Shown: positions 52,685 to 56,949 of the stretch, one piece after another
Numbering within the stretch: the first letter of the stretch is position 1
How the letters are laid out: each line of letters begins with the position of its first letter
Assembly (NCBI GenBank): GCA_043803765.1
Contig: JAZDJQ010000016.1
Coordinates: 1-56,949, forward strand
Source of the DNA: Candidatus Iainarchaeum sp.
Lineage (GTDB): Archaea > Iainarchaeota > Iainarchaeia > Iainarchaeales > VGJJ01
Length of the DNA stretch: 56,949 nt
Direction of reading: 5' to 3'
Notes under the pieces: generated by a model
What the model was told of the DNA's origin: nothing
The model's database searches: none
Seen by the model: only the letters and a program-made list of their open reading frames with translations
Translations under genes and position numbers: made by a program

Positions 52685-52909
52685 GGGTGGTCTAGGGGGG
52701 GGGAGAATATATTTCTATTCATCTCCTTTTTCCAGTTGCTGGGTATTTTTTTCTCTGGCAGAATAATAGAGTGTTTTTTTGTGGAATAGGGGCATTTCTA
52801 TTTAAACGTTCTCCCATGAGTTTGGAGTATACCGCGCCGGAAAGGGTGGCTATTTCCCCTTTAGTGCTGGTTAACAACCAACAAAAAAGGATTATTGGAG
52901 GAAAAAAGT

Positions 52910-54178
52910 ATGGCCGAAAAAGCCCATATCAATTTGATTTTCATTGGTCACGTCGACCACGGTAAGAGTACATTAGTTGGACGATTCCTGTATGATTCAG
53001 GAGCCCTCCCAGAAAACGAGTACCGCAAGATTAAGGATGAAGCAGAAGCAAGAGGAAAAGGATCATTTGCTTTTGCCTACGTCATGGACAACCTCAAAGA
53101 AGAACGAGAACGAGGAGTCACAATCGACGTTTCCTACAAAAAGTTTGCAGGACAAAAAAACAATTTCACTATTATTGACGCACCCGGACATAGAGACTTC
53201 GTCAAGAACATGATTACGGGAACGAGTCAAGCTGATGCCGCCGTATTAGTTATCTCATGTAAAGATGGCCCGCAGATGCAGACGAAAGAACATGCGTTCC
53301 TATCAAATGTGATGGGAATCAAACAACTCACTATTGCCATTAACAAAATGGATGAAGTTGATTACAAAGAAAGCGCCTATACCAAAGTCAAAGAAGAAGC
53401 CACCAAATTAGTAAAAATGGCCGGCTTCAAAGATGACCAATTTATTGTCATCCCCGTTTCGGCATGGATAGGAGACAATGTGTGTAAAGCATCCGACAAG
53501 ATGCCATGGTATAAGGGACCGACGTTGTTACAACGATTGGATGATTTGAAAGCACCCGCGTTACCAACCGGCAAGCCATTGCGCCTCCCCATTCAGGACG
53601 TCTACTCCATTAAGGGAGTGGGAACGGTTCCTGTTGGAAGAGTGGAAACGGGCATCATCAAACCCAATGACAAAATAATCGTCATGCCCTCTAAAGCACA
53701 GGGAGATGTCAAGTCGCTGGAAGCACACCACGAGCAACTTGCACAAGCATTGCCCGGGGACAACATTGGATTCAACGTCCGCGGTCTTGAAAGAAAAGAC
53801 ATCAACCGAGGAGACGTAGTGGGACATCCTCAAAACGCTCCAACGGTAGCAAAGGATTTCACGGCACAAATCGTGGTGCTAAACCACCCTACTGCCATCC
53901 CAGTAGGATACACGCCCGTGTTCCATATGCACACCGCTCAAATGTCCTGCACCTTTGCGGAGTTGCAGAAAAAGCTTGACCCCAAAACAGGACAAGTAGC
54001 GGAAGAGAATCCTAAATTCCTCAAATCAGGGGATGCCGCGGTAGTGAAAATTGTTCCGCAGAAACCACTCGTTGTAGAGGAATTCAAACAATTTCCTTCT
54101 CTCGGACGATTCGCGGTTCGAGACATGGGACAAACCGTTGCCGCTGGAGTGGTCTTGAAGGTCACTCCACGCGAGTAA
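52910..54178 (+). CDS. tuf: Elongation factor 1-alpha
   Basis: [44 protein letters not shown]. Confidence 0.98.
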   Translation: MAEKAHINLIFIGHVDHGKSTLVGRFLYDSGALPENEYRKIKDEAEARGKGSFAFAYVMDNLKEERERGVTIDVSYKKFAGQKNNFTIIDAPGHRDFVKNMITGTSQADAAVLVISCKDGPQMQTKEHAFLSNVMGIKQLTIAINKMDEVDYKESAYTKVKEEATKLVKMAGFKDDQFIVIPVSAWIGDNVCKASDKMPWYKGPTLLQRLDDLKAPALPTGKPLRLPIQDVYSIKGVGTVPVGRVETGIIKPNDKIIVMPSKAQGDVKSLEAHHEQLAQALPGDNIGFNVRGLERKDINRGDVVGHPQNAPTVAKDFTAQIVVLNHPTAIPVGYTPVFHMHTAQMSCTFAELQKKLDPKTGQVAEENPKFLKSGDAAVVKIVPQKPLVVEEFKQFPSLGRFAVRDMGQTVAAGVVLKVTPRE

Positions 54179-54221
54179 TTCATTCATTAGGAGTCATGGA
54201 AGGAAACAGGGGAATGAATCA

Positions 54222-54530
54222 ATGCAGAAAGCACGAATCAAACTCACGTCTCCTTCCTCTGACACGTTATCTGAGATATGCGCTAAAATAGTGGATGTAG
54301 CCGATCGGACAGGAGTAAAACACACTGGTATTATTCCTCTTCCCACTAAAAAATTAAAAATTCCCACCCGCAAAAGCCCATGCGGTGGTGGAACCGAAAC
54401 ATATGAACGGTGGGAAATGCGCATCCACAAACGCATGATTGATATTCAAGCAGATGAACGAACACTGCGAAGAGTAATGCGAGTAGATGTTCCAGAAAAC
54501 GTACACATTGAAATCGAATTAAAGGAATAG
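54222..54530 (+). CDS. rps10: 30S ribosomal protein uS10
   Basis: IPLPTKKL, RKSPCGGGTETYERWEMRIHKR. Confidence 0.97.
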   Translation: MQKARIKLTSPSSDTLSEICAKIVDVADRTGVKHTGIIPLPTKKLKIPTRKSPCGGGTETYERWEMRIHKRMIDIQADERTLRRVMRVDVPENVHIEIELKE

Positions 54531-54747
54531 TTCATTATTCTCATTTTTTCCTTTTACTTTTTTTTGAATCCCAAATTTTCCCCCCCATTCATTACCCGCC
54601 ACTACCATTCCTTCTTTTACGTTCAATCCCGAACTTGTTGAATTGCCAAAGGGAATTTCTTATAAACGATTCAATGCAAAGATAGAACTAATGATAGACG
54701 GACAATTGTTCGTCAATCGTTGGGTTATACGAGGAGGTGTACCCAAA

Positions 54748-55092
54748 ATGGAACAAAAAATTGGATCCTGGGCATTCATCATTGGAGTGGTGATTGCCAT
54801 CATCGCCGGACTTTTAGGTGTCGGCGTGTTCGGACCCGCTGCGGAATGGATTCCTCTAGTAATGGTTATTCTAGGAATCCTAATCGGCGTGCTGAACGTC
54901 AGCGATAAAGAGATTACCACGTTCTTGGTGGCCGTCATTGCATTATTGGTCGCCGGAGGAGTGAATTGGGCAATTATTCCCATTATTGGTGAACAGTTGG
55001 GGACCATTTTCTTCAACATTGCCAGTTTAATGGCACCCGCTGCTATTATTGTGGGAATTAAGGCAGTATGGAACTTGGCATCTGCCAACTAA
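54748..55092 (+). CDS. Small four-TM membrane protein
   Basis: MEQKIGSWAFIIG...GVLNVSDKE...APAAIIV; GGAGGTG SD. Confidence 0.8.
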   Translation: MEQKIGSWAFIIGVVIAIIAGLLGVGVFGPAAEWIPLVMVILGILIGVLNVSDKEITTFLVAVIALLVAGGVNWAIIPIIGEQLGTIFFNIASLMAPAAIIVGIKAVWNLASAN

Positions 55093-55098
55093 TATAAG

Positions 55099-55137
55099 AA
55101 AAAGAGGGGGGGGTGTTTCCCCCACTCATCTTTTTTT
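55099..55137 (+). terminator. Hairpin plus T-tract
   Basis: G-run/C-run stem followed by TTTTTTT. Confidence 0.5.
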
Positions 55138-55218
55138 AACCCTACTTTTAATTTTCAAGCGGAAAGGAAGGGGTTTATAATTTTCATGTATCCTACATTG
55201 TCATATGGAGGATGCTAC

Positions 55219-56745
55219 ATGCGTTTGATGGTCCTATTAGGAACAGTATTATTGTTATTGGGGTTTCTTGCCCCTGTTGGGTTTGCACAGGGAGCCGACC
55301 CCATTACTATTCGTGCGGAACCCAGTGAACCCATTGTGGATTCCGAACCCGCACAAAGTATTGGAATAGATCGAGGAGAAGCCTCTACTGTTCATGAAGA
55401 TGATTCCCAAATAAACGAGCCCAATTCTTTACCCGCAGAGGAAGCAACTGTTGAATTAAGTGAGTCGGATTCGTCCGATTCCCAGATTCCCCCATCGAAT
55501 GATTCGTCTGTAATTGAAACAAAGCTCTTGCCCACCCTTGGTTCAGCAGGTGATTTGCCGACGACTTGTAGGGTTTCAATTAATCCTCAAACGGGCATTG
55601 TGAAAAAGATTTGTTCAATTAATGGTTCGTTTGATGAAGCACATGATGTTCCAACCAATGTAACGGGCCCCATTAGTGGTTCGTTTGATGAGGCACATGA
55701 TTTGCCTGTTGGTGTTAGCGTAACCGGCCCCATTGGGGGTCCATTTGATGAGGCACATGAAGTTCCCACTACTGCAACGAGTGTTGCAGGTCCATTTAGC
55801 GAAGCCAGCGAACAACCCGTGGTTCAGACGGAATCGCCTTCTACCATTGGCACGATTGAAGATGCCCCCATTTGCATGGTTTCAATTAATTTGCTAACGG
55901 GTGCCATGAATAAGATTTGTCCAATGGACGGTTCGTTTGATGAAGCACATGATGTTCCAACCAATGTAACGGGTCCTATTGATGGACCATTTGATGAGGC
56001 ACATGATTTGCCTGTTGGTGTTAGTGTAACCGGTCCTATTGGTGGTTCGTTTGATGAGGCACATGAGTCGCCTATTATTGGTTCAGCGGATTTGCCGACA
56101 GGCTGTAGGGTTTTAATCGATCCTCAAACGGGCATTGTGAGAAAGATTTGTCCAGTCGATGGTCCGTTTAATGAAGCCGACGAACAACCCGTGGTTGGGA
56201 CGGAATCGCCCTCTACCATTGGCACGATTGAAGATGTTCCGATATGCATGGTTTCAATTAATTTGTTAACCGGTGCCATGAATAAGATTTGTCCAATGGA
56301 CGGTTCGTTTGATGAAGCAAATGATGTTCCAACCAATGTAACGGGTCCTGTTGATGGCCAGTTTGCTGAAGCCACCGACCAGCCTATCAATACTGATAAT
56401 GGCAATGGAACGGACGGGGGAAGCACTGGCGGAAGCGGTTCTTCTTCTGGAGGCGGAGGGGGCGGATCAGGATTCCATTCATTACCTGCTCCTACACCGA
56501 ACGAGACTGAATTACCTGTGTTGCCTTCTCCGGATGCCGGTTCTACCGAATTGGGACCCGATCCTGCTGTTGTGGGACTCGCGGATGGACGTATGGGAGT
56601 AGAAACCCCCACTGGATCACCTGCTCTCGCATCTGATAATCCTATTATTGGATTACTCACAGGAGCCAATGCACCATTAATCGGAATTGGATTATTGGTC
56701 ATTCTGGGTATTGGTCTCTACATTCGCGGACGAAGCGTAGCATAG
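55219..56745 (+). CDS. Repeat-rich acidic cell-surface protein with signal peptide and C-terminal TM anchor
   Basis: MRLMVLLGTVLLLLGFLAPVGFA; ten G(S/P)FDEAH-type motifs; Gly/Ser linker; terminal TM. Confidence 0.85.
   Translation: MRLMVLLGTVLLLLGFLAPVGFAQGADPITIRAEPSEPIVDSEPAQSIGIDRGEASTVHEDDSQINEPNSLPAEEATVELSESDSSDSQIPPSNDSSVIETKLLPTLGSAGDLPTTCRVSINPQTGIVKKICSINGSFDEAHDVPTNVTGPISGSFDEAHDLPVGVSVTGPIGGPFDEAHEVPTTATSVAGPFSEASEQPVVQTESPSTIGTIEDAPICMVSINLLTGAMNKICPMDGSFDEAHDVPTNVTGPIDGPFDEAHDLPVGVSVTGPIGGSFDEAHESPIIGSADLPTGCRVLIDPQTGIVRKICPVDGPFNEADEQPVVGTESPSTIGTIEDVPICMVSINLLTGAMNKICPMDGSFDEANDVPTNVTGPVDGQFAEATDQPINTDNGNGTDGGSTGGSGSSSGGGGGGSGFHSLPAPTPNETELPVLPSPDAGSTELGPDPAVVGLADGRMGVETPTGSPALASDNPIIGLLTGANAPLIGIGLLVILGIGLYIRGRSVA
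55545..56380 (+). repeat. Intragenic mosaic repeats
   Basis: Near-identical DNA blocks, e.g. GGTTCGTTTGATGAAGCACATGATGTTCCAACCAATGTAACGGG recurring. Confidence 0.9.
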
Positions 56746-56759
56746 CATCGTATCGTTTT

Positions 56760-56795
56760 TCCCCTCATGAAAATGAGGGGGACATTCTTTTTTCT
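56760..56795 (+). terminator. Hairpin plus T-tract
   Basis: CCCCTCAT-gaaa-ATGAGGGG followed by TTCTTTTTT. Confidence 0.6.
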
Positions 56796-56949
56796 CCTCC
56801 TGTAAATACGACTCTGGGACAAAATTATTGGGTCTTTTTAGTTCAAAATTACCACGTATGCTCGTTTATTGACGTATTTTAGTGGGACGTCGGCTTTGGC
56901 TGAGTTTCCGAACGGTGTGACGGTTCGTTCGAGAATAATCGTCACTTTT

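Overview
Archaeal chromosomal window, probably from a DPANN lineage such as Iainarchaeota/Diapherotrites. This placement is inferred from split rpoB''/rpoB' and rpoA'/rpoA'', divergent core proteins and many basic orphan genes. Core genes: partial Hel308, NAC, FKBP PPIase, psmB-aCPSF1 (with a 471-aa LAGLIDADG intein), and the rpoH-B''-B'-A'-A''-L30e-S12-S7-EF2-EF1A-S10 cluster, which lacks nusA, has a mini-intein in EF-2 and is interrupted by accessory genes. Accessory genes: surface proteins, Fic, RadC, two geranylgeranyl reductases, CrtI, glycosyltransferases, SOD, MscS, VapBC and a degenerate sdhAB pair. The main unexplained signals are four. (1) A dispersed family of ~49-bp TATAG-ended palindromic elements with compensatory stem changes, found solo and as inverted doublets at three loci. 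(2) A ~250-nt structured ncRNA candidate with its own TATA box and terminator. (3) An sdhA-like gene broken exactly at an in-frame A_AAA_AAG -1 slippery heptamer, with an altered active site. (4) Substitutions in normally near-invariant RNA polymerase and uS12 motifs. All calls come from manual reading and motif recognition; no searches were run.
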